Assembly (NCBI GenBank): GCA_009914755.4
Contig: CP086569.2
Location: 11,520,001 to 11,584,000, forward strand
Direction of reading: 5' to 3'
Source: the human T2T-CHM13v2.0 reference genome, Homo sapiens
Length of the DNA stretch: 64,000 nucleotides
The notes beneath the pieces are model-generated. The model was not told where the DNA came from. It did not search any database and saw only the letters and a list, made by a program, of their open reading frames with translations. A program made the translations under genes and the position numbers. Shown here piece after piece: positions 1 through 17,535 of this stretch (position 1 is its first letter; every line of letters starts with the position of its first letter).

Positions 1-3000
1 TTCAATTCCATTCCATTGCATTCCATTCCCCTCCCGTTCATTCAAGTAGAGTCCATTCCATTCCATTCCATTCCATTCCACTGTGGTTGATTCAATTCCA
101 CTCTATTCCATTCCATTGCATTCCATTCCAATCGGTGTGATTGAATTCCACTCTATTCCATTCCTTTCCCTTCCATTCAATTTCATGCGATTACACTCGG
201 GTTGATTCCATTCCATTCCATTCCATTCCTTTCCATTCCATTCCGTTCCGTTCCATTCCATTCCACTCGGTTTCATTCAATTCCTTTCTATTTCTTTCCA
301 TTCCATTCTGTTCAATTCCATTCCATTCCATTCCTTTCCACTCTGGTTTATTCAATTCTATTCTATGAAATTCCATTCCATTCCTTTCCATTATATTCCA
401 TTATATTCCATTTCTTTCCATTCCATTCCATTCCACTCTTGTTGAATAAATTGCACTCTATTCCATTCCATTCTACTCCATTCCGTTCCATTCCATTCCA
501 TTCTATTCCATTCTATTCCATTCCATTCCATTCCATTCCATTCCATTCTATTCTATTCCATTCCATTCCATTCCATTCCACTCCACTTGTTGATTCAATT
601 CCTTTCTTTTCCATGTCATTGAATTCCATTAAATTGCATTCCATTCCTTTGCATTCCATTGCGTTCCATTCCACTCCACTCGGGTAGATTCACTTCCATT
701 GTATTCCATTCCATTCCATTCCATTGCATTCCATTCCATTCCATTCCATTCCATTCCATTCCATTCCATTCCATTCCACCCTGTTTGTTTCCTTTCCATT
801 CCATTCCATTCCATTCCATTCCATTCCATTCCACTCCACTCTGTTGCATTCCATTCCATTTCACTCAGGTTGTTTCAATTCTATTCTATTCCATTTCATT
901 CCTTTCCATTCCATTCCATTCCATTCCACTCGTGTTGATTTAATTCCATTAAATTGCATTTCATTCCATTTTATTCCCTTCCATTCCATTCTATTCCAAT
1001 CCCTTCCATTCACTGGGGATGATTCAATTCCATTCTTTTCCATTCCATTCCGTTCCATTCCGTTCCATTCCACTCCATTCCATTCCGTTCCATTCCATTC
1101 CATTCCATTCCACTCCATTCCATTCCATTCTACTCCACTCGGGTTGATTCAATTCCATTACATTCCATGGCATTCCATTCCATTCCATTCCGTTCCAATC
1201 CATTCCACTCTGGTTGATTCAATTCCACTCTATTCCATTCCATTCCATTCCATTCCATTCCATTCCATTCCACTCCATTCCATTCCATTCTACTCCACTC
1301 GGGTTGATTCAATTCCATTACATTCCATGGCATTCCATTCCATTCCATTCCGTTCCAATCCATTCCACTCTGGTTGATTCAATGCCACTCTATTCCATTC
1401 CATTCCATTCCATTCCATTCCATTCCATTCCATTCCATTCCACTCAAGTTGATTCAAGTCCATTCTATTCCATTCCATTCCGTTCCATTCCATTCCATTC
1501 CATTCCATTCCATTCCATTCCATTCCACTGGGTTTGAGTCAATACCATTCTATTCCATTCAATTTCATTCCATTCCATTCCATTCCATTCCATTCCATTC
1601 CATTCCATTCCATTCCACTCCACTCAAGTTGATTCAAGTCCATTCTATTCCATTCCATTCCATTACATTTCATTACATTCGTGTTGATTCCATTCCATTC
1701 CATTCCATTCCATTCCATTCCATTCCATTCCATTCCATTCCATTCCATTCCATTCCATTCTATTCCATTCCTATCCATTCCATTCCATTCCCTTCCATTC
1801 CATAACCCTCGGGTTGATTCAATTCCATGCTACTCCATTGCATTCCACCCCAATCCATTCCATTCCATTCCAAAATCCTCGGGTTGATTCAATTCCATTC
1901 TATTCCATTGCATTGCATTCCATTCCATTCCATTCCTTTCACTTCCATTCCACTCGGGTTGATTCAAATCCGTTCTATTCCATTCCATTCCATTCCATTC
2001 CATTCCATTCCATTCCATTCCATCCCATTCCATCCCTTTCCATTCCATTCCCTTCCACTCGGTTGATTCCATTCCATTCCATTTCATACCATTCCACTCC
2101 ACTGCATTCCATTCCATTCCATTCCATTCCACTCAGTTGATTCCATTCCTCTCCTTTCCATTCCTTGTCAGTTCATTCAATTCCATGACATTCAATTCCA
2201 CTCGGGTTGATTCCATTCCATTGCATTCTATTCCTTTCCATTCCATTTCATTACATTCTGTTGCATTCCACTCCTGTTGATTCCATTCCATTCCATTCCA
2301 TTCCATTCCATTCTATTCCATTCCATTCCATTCCACTTGGGTTGATTCCATTCAATTCCATTCCATTCCCGTCCTTTCCATTCCCCTTGGGTTGATTACA
2401 TTCCCTTCCATTCCATTCAATTCCCCTCGGGTTGTTTCCATTCCATTCCGTTCCATTCCATTGCATTCCATTTTATTCCTTTCCACTCGGATTGACTCTA
2501 TTACATTCCATTCCATTCTATTCCATTCCATTCCATTCCATTCCATTCCATTCCATTGCCTTCCATTCCACATAGTTTGATTCAATTACATTCTATATCA
2601 TTGCTTTCCATTCCATTCCATTTCACTCCACTCCACTCTCATCCATTCCATGCCATTCCTGTTGATTCCGTTCCATTTAATGCCATTCCATTTAATTCCA
2701 TTCTATTCCATACCATTCCACTCCGGTTGATTCCATTCCATTCCATTCCTTTCCATTCCATTCAATTCCACTCGGGTTCAATACATTCCATTCCATTCCA
2801 TTCTTTTCCTTTCCATTCCATTCCATTCAAATCGTGTTGATTCCATTCCATTCCATTCCCTTCCATTCCGTTCAATTCCATTCCTCTCGGGTTTATTTCA
2901 TTCCATAGAATTCATCTCAATTAAATTCCATTCCATTCCATTCCATTCCATTGCACGCGGGTTGATTCCGTTTCATTCCTTTCGATTTGATTCCATTCTA

Positions 3001-5441
3001 TTCCCCTCGTTTTGATTCCATTACATTCTATTCCATTCCATTCCATTCCATTCCATTCCATTCCATTCCATTCCATTCCATTCCACTCGAATTGTTTCCA
3101 TTCCTTTCGATTCCATTCCATTTCATTCCATTCCATTCCATTCCATTGCATTCCATTCCATTCCATACCATTCTATGCCAATTGGTTTGATGCCATCCGA
3201 TTCCATTCCATTCCATTCTATTCCATTCCATTCCATTCCATTCCATTCCTTTCTTTTCCACTCGGGTTTACTCTATTCCATTTCATTACATTCCATTACA
3301 TTAAATTCCATTCCATTCCATTCCTCTCGGTTGATTCCACTCCATTCCAATCCATTCCATTCCAATCCATTCCAATCCATTCCACTCCATTCCACTAGTG
3401 TTGATTCCATTCCATTCCATTCCATTCCATTCCATTCCATTCCATTCCATTCCATTCCATTCCACTCGGATTGATTCCATTCCATTCCATTCCTTTCCAT
3501 TCCATTCCACTCTTGTTGATGCCATCCAATTCCATTACATTACATTACATTCCCTTCCATTCCATTCCATTCTAGTAAATTCCGGTTTATTCCATTCCAT
3601 TCCATTCCATTCCATTCCATTCCATTCAATTCAATTCCACTCCACTCCACTCCACTCCACTCCGTTCCGTTCCGTTCCGTTCCGTTCCGTTCCGTTCCAT
3701 TCCATTCCATTCCATTCCATTCCACTGTGGTTAATTCCATTCCTTTCAATTCCATTCCATTGCATTCCATTCCATTCCATTCCATTCCATTCCATTCCAT
3801 TCCATTCCAGTAAATTCCGGTTTATTCCATTCCATTCCATTCCATTCCGTTCCATTCCATTCCATTCCATTCAATTCCACTGTGGTTGATTCCATTCCTT
3901 TCAATTCCATTCCTTTCCATTCCCTTCCTTTCCATTTCATTCCTCTCTTGTTGATTTTTTTCCATTCCATTCATCTCCATTAGTTTCCATTCCATTCCAT
4001 TGCATTCCCTTCCCTTCCTTTCCATTCCGTTTCATTCCCCTAGTTTTGATTCCATTCCATTCCATTCCATTCCATTCCTTTCCATTCCATTCCATTCCAT
4101 TCCCTTCCATTCCATTCCACTCGGAATGATTCCATTCCATTCCATTCCATTCCATTCCATTACATTACATTTCATTCCGTTCCTTTCTATTCCATTCCAT
4201 AACATTCCATTCCAGTCTTGTTGATGCCATCCGATTCCATTCCATTCCATTACATTCCCTTCCCTTCCATTCCATTTCATTCCAGTAAATTCCGGTTTAT
4301 TCCATTCCATTCCATTCTGTTCCATTCCATTCCATTCCATTCCATTCCATTCCATTCCATTCCACTCCACTCCACTCCACTCCACTCCATTCCACTCCAT
4401 TCCATTCCATTCCATTCCATTCCATTCCATTCCATTATATTCCATTCCATTCCTGTTGATTCCATTCCATTGCATTCCATTACACTCGGATTGATTCCTT
4501 TCCATTCCATGCCATTCCATTCCATTCCATTCCCCTCGTGTTGATTCCATTCGATTCCTTTCTATTCCATTCCACTCGGATTTATTCCTTCCCATTCCAT
4601 TCCATTCCGTTCCATTCCATTCCATTCCATTCCATTGTGTTCCATTTCTTTCCATTGCATTCCATTCCATTCCAGTCGGGTTGATTCTATCCCGTTCCAT
4701 TCCGTTCCGTTCCATTCCATTCCATTCCATTCCATTCCATTCCATTACATTCCATTTCTTTCCATTGCATTCCATTCCGTTCCAGTCGGGTTGATTCCAT
4801 TCCATTCCATTCCATTCCATTCCATTCCATTCCATTCCATTCCAATCCATTGCATTCCATTCCGTTCCATTCTATTCCGTTGCATTCCAACTGACTCAAT
4901 TCCATTCTATTCCATTCCATTCCGTTCCATTCCATTCCATTCCATTCCATTCCATTCCATTCCATTCCACTCCACTGCACTCCATTCCATTCCATTGCAT
5001 TCCATTCCATTCCATTCCATTCCATTATATTCCATTCCATTCCTGTTGATTCCATTCCTTTGCATTCCATTACACTCGGATTATTCCATTCCATTCCATG
5101 CCATTCCATTCCATTCCCCTCGTGTTGATTCCATTCGATTCCTTTCTATTCCATTCCACTCGGGTTGATTCCTTCCCATTCCGTTCCGTTCCATTCCATT
5201 CCATTCCATTCCATTCCATTCCATTCCATTCCATTCCATTCCATTCGATTCCATTCCATTGCGTTCCATTTCTTTCCATTGCATTCCATTCCATTCCAGT
5301 CGGGTTGATTCTATCTCATTCCATTCCATTCCGTTCCATTCCATTCCATTCCGTTCCATTTCTTTCCTTTGCATTCCATTCCGTTCCAGTCGGGTTGATT
5401 CCATTCCATTCCATTCCATTCCATTCCATTCCATTCCTTTC
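1..5441 (-). repeat. Human satellite III (HSat3): (ATTCC)n on + strand = (GGAAT)n on - strand, with interspersed CTCGGGTTGATTC (revcomp CAACCCGAG) 10-mer motifs
   Basis: Directly seen: near-pure CATTC/ATTCC pentamer tandem array with periodic ctcgggttg interruptions. Variant pentamer blocks (CGTTC)n at 3661-3695 and (CCACT)n at 3641-3662. Abrupt end at 5441. Confidence 0.9.
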
Positions 5442-7468
5442 TGTATATGTCCACGGATATCCCTGTATAAAACCTGGGTGATCAGTGCAGTGATATGTCA
5501 CAATGCCATTTAGCCATGGCGTACAGTATAGTTACATCACCTGGGAGATCATTGTAGAGATATGTCACAATGTCCCCAGTAGGCAGAGACCAGACAATAT
5601 TTGGATCTCCTTGGGATCAGTGCAGAGATATGTCTCAATACCCCTGTGGGCATAGCATAGATTAGTGTTACATCACCTCGGTTAACATTGCAGAGATATG
5701 TCTAAATGCCCCTGTAGGCACAACCTACACAACTGTTACATCACTTAGGTGATCACTGCAGAGATATGTCACATTGCCCCCTGTAAGCAGAGCCTAGACA
5801 AGAGTTACATCATCTGGGTGATCAGGGCAGAGATATGTGACAAGGCCCCTTTAAGCAGACCCTCGACAATAGTTACATCACCTGAGTGATCACTGCAGAG
5901 ATCTGTCACAAGGCCCCTTTAGGCAGAGCTTAGACCAGAGTTACATCACCTGGATGATCATTGCAGAGATATGTCACAATGTCCCCATAGGCAAATCCAA
6001 GACAAGCGTTCGTCACCTGGGTGATCATTGCAGAAATATGTGACAATGCCCTCAGGAGGCGGAGCCTACAGAAGAGTCCAATCACCTGCGTGATCAGTGC
6101 AGAGATATTTCACAATGCCCCTGCAGGCAGAGTGTAAGCAAGAGTTACATCACCTAGATGATCAGTGCAGAGATATGTCACAAGGCCCCCTATACGCAGA
6201 GTCGGACAAGAGTTACATCACCTCAGTGATCAATGCAGTGATATGTCACTATGCCCCGTAGGCAGAGCCTAGTCAAGCGTTACATCACCTGGGTGATTAC
6301 TGCAGAGATATGTCACAAAGTCCCCATACACAGAGCCTAGACAAGAGTCCCATCACCTGGGTGATCAGTGCAGAAATATGTCACAATGCCCCTATAGGCC
6401 GATCGAAGACAAGAGTCCTTCACCTGGGTGATCAGTGCAGAAATATGTCACAATGCCCCCTTAGGCAGAGCCTAGATAAAAGCCCCATCACCTGGATGAT
6501 CAGTGCAGAGTTATGTCACAAATTCCCTTTAGGCAGATCCTAGAGAAAGGTTACATCACTTGGATGATCAGTGCAGAGATATGTCACTATGCTACAGTAG
6601 GCAGAGCCTAGACTAGAGTTACATGACCTCGGTGATCAGTGCAGAGATACATCGCAATGTCCCTGTAGGCAGAGCCTTGACAAGTGGTACATCACCTGGG
6701 TGATCATTGCAGGGATATGTCACAAAGCACCCTGTAGGCAGATCCTAGAAAAGAGTTACATCACCTGGGTGATCAGTGCAGAGATATGTCACAATGCCAC
6801 TATAGGTAGAGCCTAGAAAAGATTTACATGACCTAGGTGATCAGTGCAGAGATACATCGCAATGCCCCTGTAGGCAGGGCCTTGACAAGTGGTATATCAC
6901 CTGGGTGATCATTGCAGGGATATGTCACAAAGCACCCAGTAGGCAGATCCTAGAGAAGAGTTATATCACCTGGGTGATCAGTGCAGAGATATGTCACAAG
7001 CCCACTTTAGGCAGAGCCTAGACAAGAGTTACATCTCCTCGGTGATCAATGCAGTGATATGTCACTATGCCCCGTAGGCAGAGCCTAGTCAAGCGTTCCA
7101 TCACCTCGGTGATCAGTGCAGACATATGTCACAAAGCCCCCATTCACAAAGCCTAGACAAGCGTCCCATCACCTGAGTGATCAATGCAGAGATATGTCAC
7201 AAAGCCCCCATACACAGAGCCTAGAGAAGAGTCCCATCACTTGGGTGATCAGTGCAGAAATATGTCAAAATGCCCCCATAGGCAGATCCTACACAAGAGT
7301 TACATCACCTGGGTGATCTGCGTAGAGATATGTCACAATGCCCCCATAGGCAGAGCGTAGACAAAAGTCCCATCACCTGGCTGATCAGTGCAGAGTTATG
7401 TCACAAAGCCCCTGTAGGCAGAGCGTAGACAAGAGTTACATCACTTTGTTGATCAGTTCAGAGATGTG
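5442..7468. repeat. Beta-satellite (68-bp Sau3A family) array A, about 30 monomers
   Basis: Tandem 68-bp monomers, consensus tgatcagtgcagagatatgtcacaatgcccctgtaggcagagcctagacaagagttacatcacctggg, each with a GATC site. Starts directly at the HSat3 junction. Confidence 0.9.
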
Positions 7469-7761
7469 TCCTGCTGACTGTTTCCTCCCGGAGCTCTGCG
7501 GGCACCCAGAAACATGCAGGGAAGGGTGGAAGTCTGGCATGGTGCCCTCGCTCTCCTTGCCAGTTTCCAAACCGGCCACACTGCAGACTCCCCATGTTGC
7601 GGCACACGGGAATCCATCGTCTGGTCATCACGCCGGGGTGGCATCTTCTCTCTGGGTTCTCGCTCTTGTCTCCTACTTGGAAATGAACGAGAGCCACACG
7701 CCTGCGTGTGTGAGACTGTCCTGGCAACAGCGACACCCACAGGCACTGCCTCCTTCACTGA

Positions 7762-9530
<1,769 letters not shown>

Positions 9531-10240
9531 GCACGCGGGATTGGGACGGGGTCGGGTCGGGGCAGGGTGGTGGCCTCTCTTTCGCGGGGAAAACCTGGCT
9601 GGCTATGGAGGGGTGTGTCTTCCCCCCCCTCCACTGGGCTGACCGGCCTGGGATTCCTGCCTTCTAGGTATAGGCCCGGTGAGAGACTCCACACAGCGGA
9701 GATCTGCCATTCTTTCCTGGGCATCCCGGGGATCCCAGAGCCGGCCCAGGTACCAGCAGGTGGGCCACAGACTGTGCACGCGCCGGTTAGCGGGCAGCCA
9801 CGTGGGCTGTGGGAGCAGCCCGGGAAGAGCTCTCATGCCTTTCCACCCCCACAACCCCGCCTGACCAACGCCTCCCCACCCCCACCCACCAGCCCCGGAA
9901 AGTGCATCCTCCCCTGGGATGGGTGGAAATCCCCATCCCACGAAACACCGGCCCGCACAGCTCCAGGCCTGACACCCCTCTGGCAGCTCGCATCCTCTGG
10001 GCCTCTGCGCCACCGTCGCCCAGCCGCCGGTACCCTGCAGCATCCCAGCTGCCACCATGGAGCACTTGGCGGTGGAACACAGACCTCTAGCTCTCCTTGC
10101 CGGCCTCCTGGCTAGACCTGCGCTCATTGCGCACTCCGGCTGACGTGCAAGGGAGCCCGCTGGCCTCTCTGTGCCCTTTTCTGTCCCTGAAATTCCTGTT
10201 GAGGCTCTCCCAACACCTTCCGACGCTCGTTAGTCAAAGC

Positions 10241-13200
10241 CTGGAGAATAGTTACATATCCTGGATGAGCAGTTCAGAAATATGGCACAATGTCCCCTCC
10301 CTGTGGAGCCTAGAGAAGATTTGCATCATTTGCGTGATCAGTGCAGAGATATATCACAATGTCCCCTGTACAAGAAGCCTGGAAATGATTTACATCACCT
10401 CGGTGATCAGTGCATAGGTATGTCAGAAATCCCCAGTAGGCTGAACTTAGACAAGGGTTACATCACTTAGGTGATCAGTGTAGAGATAAGTCATAAATCC
10501 TCCTGTAAGCAGAGTGTAGAAAAATGTTTCCTCCCTCGGGTGATCAGCGCAGAGATATGTCACAAAGCCCCTATAAGCAGAACCTTGACATGGGTTACAT
10601 CACCTGTTTGATCAGTGGAAATATATATCACAAAGCCTCCTGTAGGCAAAGCCCAGACAATTGTTACATCACCTGGGTGAGCAGTGGAGAGATCTGTCAC
10701 AATGCCCCTGTAGGCAGAGCTTAGACAAGGGTTACATCACCTGGGTGATCAGTGCAGAGATATGTCAAAACGCTCCTGTAGGCTGAACCTAGACAGGAGT
10801 TACATCACCCAGGTGGTCAGTGCAGAGACATGTGAGAATTCCCATGTAGGCAGAGCCTAGACAAGTGTAATATCACCTAGGTTATCAGTGCAGGTATAAG
10901 TCATACAGCCTCCTGTAGGCAGAGAGTAGACAAGAGTTCCCTCCCCAGGGTGATCAGTGCAGAGATGTGTCACAAAACCCCTGTAGGCAGAGCTTAGACA
11001 AGAGTTTCATCACTTGGTTGATCAGTTCAGAGATGTGTCACAATGTCCATGTAGGCAGATCTAAGACAACAGTCCATCACCTGGGTGATCAGTGCAGAGA
11101 TATGTACCAATGACCCAAGTAGGCAGTGCCTAGACAAGAGTTGCATCACCTCAGAGATCAGTGCTTAGATATGTCAGAAAGCCTTCTGTAGGCAAAGCCC
11201 ATACAAGGCTTACATCACCTAGGAGATCAGTGTAGTGGTATGTCACAAAAATCCCTGTAGACAGAGCCTAGACAAGAGTTACATCACCTGGGTGATCATT
11301 GCAGCTATTTGACACAATGCCCCCATAGACAGAGCCTAGACAAGACTTCCATCACCTGGGTGATCAGTGCAGAGAAATGTCACAAATCCCCCTCTAGGCA
11401 GAGTATAGAGAAGATTCCTATCACCTGGGTGATCAGTGCCGAGATATTTCAAAATGCCTCCTGTAGGCAGAGAGTGGATAAGAGTTACATAACATATGTG
11501 ATCTGTGCAGAGCTATGTGAAAACGCCCCTGTAGGCAGAGCCTAGAAAAATGTTACATCACCTGGTTGATCAGTGCAGAGATACGTCACAATACACCCTG
11601 TAGGTGGAGCCTAGACAAGAGTTACATCACCTGGGTGATCAGTACAGACATATGTCACAGAGCACCTGTAGGCAGAGCCTAAACAAGTGTTACATCTCCT
11701 GGGTGATCAGTGCAGAAATATGTCACAAAGCCCCTGTAGGCCGAGCCTAGACAAAAGTTACATCTCCTGGGTGATCAGTGCAAATATATGTCACAATGCC
11801 CCCATAGACAAATCGCAGAAAATTGTTACATCACCTGGGTGATCAGTGGAGATATCTGTCACAATTCCCATTTAGGCGCAGCTTAGACAAGCTTTACATC
11901 CCATGAGTGATCAGTGCAGAGATATGTAACTATGCCCCCATAGGCAGATCCAAGACAAGAGTCCATCACCTGGTTGATCAGTGCAGAAATATGCCACAAT
12001 GCCACCAGTAGGCAGATATAGACAAGAGTTACATCACCTGCGTGATCACTGCAGAGATATGTCACAATGCCCCTGTAGGCAGAGCCTAGACAAGAGTCCC
12101 ATCACCTGGGTGATCAGTGCAGAGTTATGTCAAAATGCCCCCTTTTGGCAGAGGCTAGACAAGGGTTACATCACCTGGGTGATCAGTGCAGAGATGTGTC
12201 ACAAGCCCCCTGTACCCAGAGCCTAGACAAGAGTTACATCAGGTGTGTGATCAGTGCAGTGACATGTCACAATGTCTCTGTAGCCATATCCTTGAGAATA
12301 GTGACATCACCTGGGTGATCGGTGCGGAGATATGTCACAATGCCTCCAGTATGCAGAGCGTAGACAAGAGTTACATCACCTGGGTGATCAGAGCAGAGAT
12401 ATGTCACAATGCCCCCGGTAAGCAGATCCCAGACAAGAGTTGCATCACCTCGGTGATCAGTGCACAGATATGTCTCAATGCCCCCTGTCGACAAAGCCTA
12501 TACAAGAGTTACATCATCTCGGTGATCAGTGCAGTGCTATGTGAAAATGCCCCTGTAGGCAGAGCCTAGACAAGAGTTACATCACCTGGGTGATCAGTGA
12601 AGAGATATGTCATAAATCCCACTGTAGGCAAAGCCTAGACAAGTTTTACATCACATCAGCGGTCAGTGCAAAGATATGTCCCAATGTTCCTCTAGGCAGA
12701 GCTTATACAATAGTCACATCTCCTGGGTTATCAGGGCAGTGATAAATCACAATGCCCCCATAGGCAGAGCCTAGACAAGAGTTACATAACCCGGGTGATC
12801 CGTGCAGAGTAATGTCACAATGCCCTCTGTAGGCAGAGCCTAGAAAAGAGTTACATCACCTGGGTGATCCGTGCAGAGATATCTCACAATACACCCTGTA
12901 AGCAGAGCCTAGAAAAGAGTTACATCACCTGGGTGATCAGTGCAGAGATATGTCATAAACCCCACTGTAGGCAAAGCCTAGACAAATTTTACATCACCTA
13001 AGTGATCAGTGCAGAGATATGTCCCAATGTCCCTCTAGGCAGAGCTTAGACCAGAGTCACAACTCCTAGGTGATCAGTGTAGAGATAAGTCACAATGCCC
13101 CCATAGGCAGAGCCTAGACAAGAGTTAAATAACCAGGGTGATCCGTGCAGAGTGATGTCAAAACGTCCCTTGTAGGCAGAGAAGAGAAAAGAGTTACATC

Positions 13201-15468
13201 ACCTGGGTGATCAGTGCAGAGATATGTCACAATGCCTCCTGTAGGCAGAGCATAGAGAAGAGTTGCATCACCTTGGTGATCAGTGAAGAGATATGTCACA
13301 ATGTCCCCTGTAGGAAAAGCCTAGAGAATAGTTACATCACCTTTGTCTTCAGTTCAGGGATATGTGAAAACGCCACTGTACGCAGAGCCTAGACAAAAGT
13401 TACATCACCTAGTTCATCAGTGCAGAGATATTTCACAACACCCACTGTAGGCAGAACCTAGACAAGAGTTGAATCACCTGGGTGATTTTGTGCAGAGATA
13501 TTTCACAGTGCCCCCTTTGGGCAGAGGGTAGACAAGAGTTACATCACCTAGGTGATCAGTGCAGAGATTTGTCAGAATTCCCTGTAGGCAGTGCTTATAA
13601 AAGTGTTACATCACCTAGGTGATCAGTGCAGAGATTTGTCAAAATTCCCTGTAGGCAGTGCTTATAAAAGTGTTACATCACCTAAGTGATCAGTGCAGAG
13701 ATATGTCACAAAGCTCCTGTAGGCAGAACTTGGATGAGTTATATCACCTGGGTTATCAGTGCAAAGGTATGTCACAAAGCCCCCTGTAGGCAAAGCCTAG
13801 ACAATAGTTACAACAGTTGGTTGATCAGTGGCGAGATCTCTCACAATTACCCTGTAGGCAGAGCTTATACAACAGTTACATCACCTGGGTGATCAGTGCA
13901 GAGATATGTCACAATGCCCCCATAGGCAGATCCAAGACAAGAGTCCATCACCTGGGTGATCAGTGCAGAAATATGTCACAATGCCCCCTTAGGCAGATCC
14001 TAGACAAAAGCCCCATCACCTGGATGATCAGTGCAGAGTTATGTCACAAAGTCCCGTTAGGCAGATCCTGGAGAAGAGTTACATCACTCGGGTGATCAGT
14101 GCAGAGATATGTCACAATGCCACTGTAGGCAGAGCCTAGACAACGGTTACATGACCTAGGTGATCAGTGCAGAGATACATCGCAATGTCCCTGTAGGCAG
14201 AGCTTTGACAAGTGGTACATCACCTGGGTGATCATTGCAGGGATATGTCACAAAGCACCCTGTAGGCAAATCCTAGAGAAGAGTTATATCACCTGGATGA
14301 TCAGTGCAGAGATATGTCACAACCCCCTGTAGGCAGAGCTTAGACAAGAGTTATATCACCTGGGTGATCAGTGCAGTGGTATGTCACAATGCCATGTAGA
14401 CGGAGCCTAAACTAAAGTTACAGCACCTGGGAGATCATTGCAGAGATATGTCACAATGTCCCCAGTAGGCAGAGACCAGGCAAGAATTGGATCACCTCGG
14501 GATCAGGGCAGAGATATGTCTCAATCCCCCTGTGGGCACAGCCTAGACAAGAGTTACATCACCTCGGTTAACAGTGCAGAGATATGTCAAAATGCCTCTG
14601 TAGGCAGAGCCTACACAATTGTTATATCACTTAGATGATCAGTGCAGAGATATGTCACAATACCCCTTGTAAGCAGAGCCTAGAGAAGAGTTACGTCACC
14701 TGGGTGATCAGTGCAGACATATGTGACAAGGCCCCTTTAAGCAGAGCCTAGACAATAGTTACATCACCTGAGTGATCAGTGCAGAGATCTGTCACAATGC
14801 CCCTTTAGGCAGAGCTTAGACCAGAGTTACATCACCTGGGTGATCAGTGCAGAGATATGTCACAATGCCTCCATAGGCAAATCCAAGTTGAGATTCTGTC
14901 ACCTGTGTGATCAGTGCAGACATATGTGACCATGCCCCCAGTAGGCAGAGCCTAGAGAATAGTCCCATCACCTGGGTGATCAGTGCAGAGATATTTCACA
15001 ATGCCCCTGAAGGCAGAGTGTAAGCAAGAGTTACATCACTGAGATGATCAGTGCAGAGATATGTCACAAGGCCCCCTATAGGCAGAGCCTGGACAAGAGT
15101 TACATCACCTCAGTGATCAATGCAGTGATATGTCACTATGCCCCGTAGGAAGAGTCTAAACAAGCGTTACATCACCTAGGTGATCAGTGCAGAGATATGT
15201 CACAAAGCCCCCACACACAGAGCCTAGACAAGAGTCCCATCATCTGGGTTATCAGTGCAGAAATATGTCACAATGCCCCCATAGGCAGATCCTACACAAG
15301 AGTTACATCACCTGGGTGATCAGTGTAGAGATATGTCACAATGCCCCCATAGGCAGAGCCTAGACAAAATTCCCATCCGCTGGGTAATCAGTGCAGAGAT
15401 ACGTCACAAAGCCCCGTAGGCAGAGCATAGACAAGATTTTCATCACTTTGTAGATCAGTTTAGAGATG
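10241..15468. repeat. Beta-satellite array B, about 77 monomers
   Basis: 68-bp Sau3A monomers throughout. The first 1.5 kb after the D4Z4 copy has the same monomer order as the stretch after copy 2. Confidence 0.9.
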
Positions 15469-16097
15469 TGTCATGCTGACTGTTTGCTCCCGGAGCTCTG
15501 CGGGCACCCAGAAACATGCAGGGAAGGGTGGGAGACTGGCATGGTGCCTTCGCTCTCCTTGCCAGTTTGAAAACCGGCCACACTGCAGACTCCCCATGTT
15601 GCTGACCACGGGAATCCATCTTCAGGCCATCACGCCAGGGAGGCATCTTCTCTCTGGTGTCTCGCTCTGGTCTCCTACGTGGAAATGAACGAGAGCCACA
15701 AGCCTGCCTGTGTGAGACTGTCCCGGCAACGGCGACACCCACAGGCACTGCCTCCTTCTCGGAGAGAGGGCCTGGAACACCAAAGACTCCCACAGAGGTT
15801 CAGTTCCAAACTCCCCTCCACCCTCCCAGAGGGGTTTCTAGCTGCTGAAGACGCGTGGGAGCCCAGAGAGTGGCTTCCAGTTCCCGCGGGATTCCTGGAG
15901 TGGTCCGGAGAGCCAGTCCCTGAAACGCGCCCCCTTCACCCCTTCCCCCTCACCCCCTTCCTCTTCATTTCTCCAGCCTCACCACAGCCATCAGCACGCC
16001 CTCCCCACCACCCCACCACCACACGGCCGCAGGCCTCGACTCCCTGGGAACGTTCCGTGGTGGGGTGGGCTGTCCCAGGGCTCACCGCCATTCATGA

Positions 16098-17535
<1,438 letters not shown>

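Noticed and set aside
141-5434. Dozens of ORFs (up to 272 aa, e.g. 4032-4850 minus) translating to MEWNGMEWNG... or IPFHSIPFHS...
   Set aside because: These are translations of the (ATTCC)n/(GGAAT)n pentamer array, which lacks stop codons in several frames. They are HSat3 artefacts, not genes.
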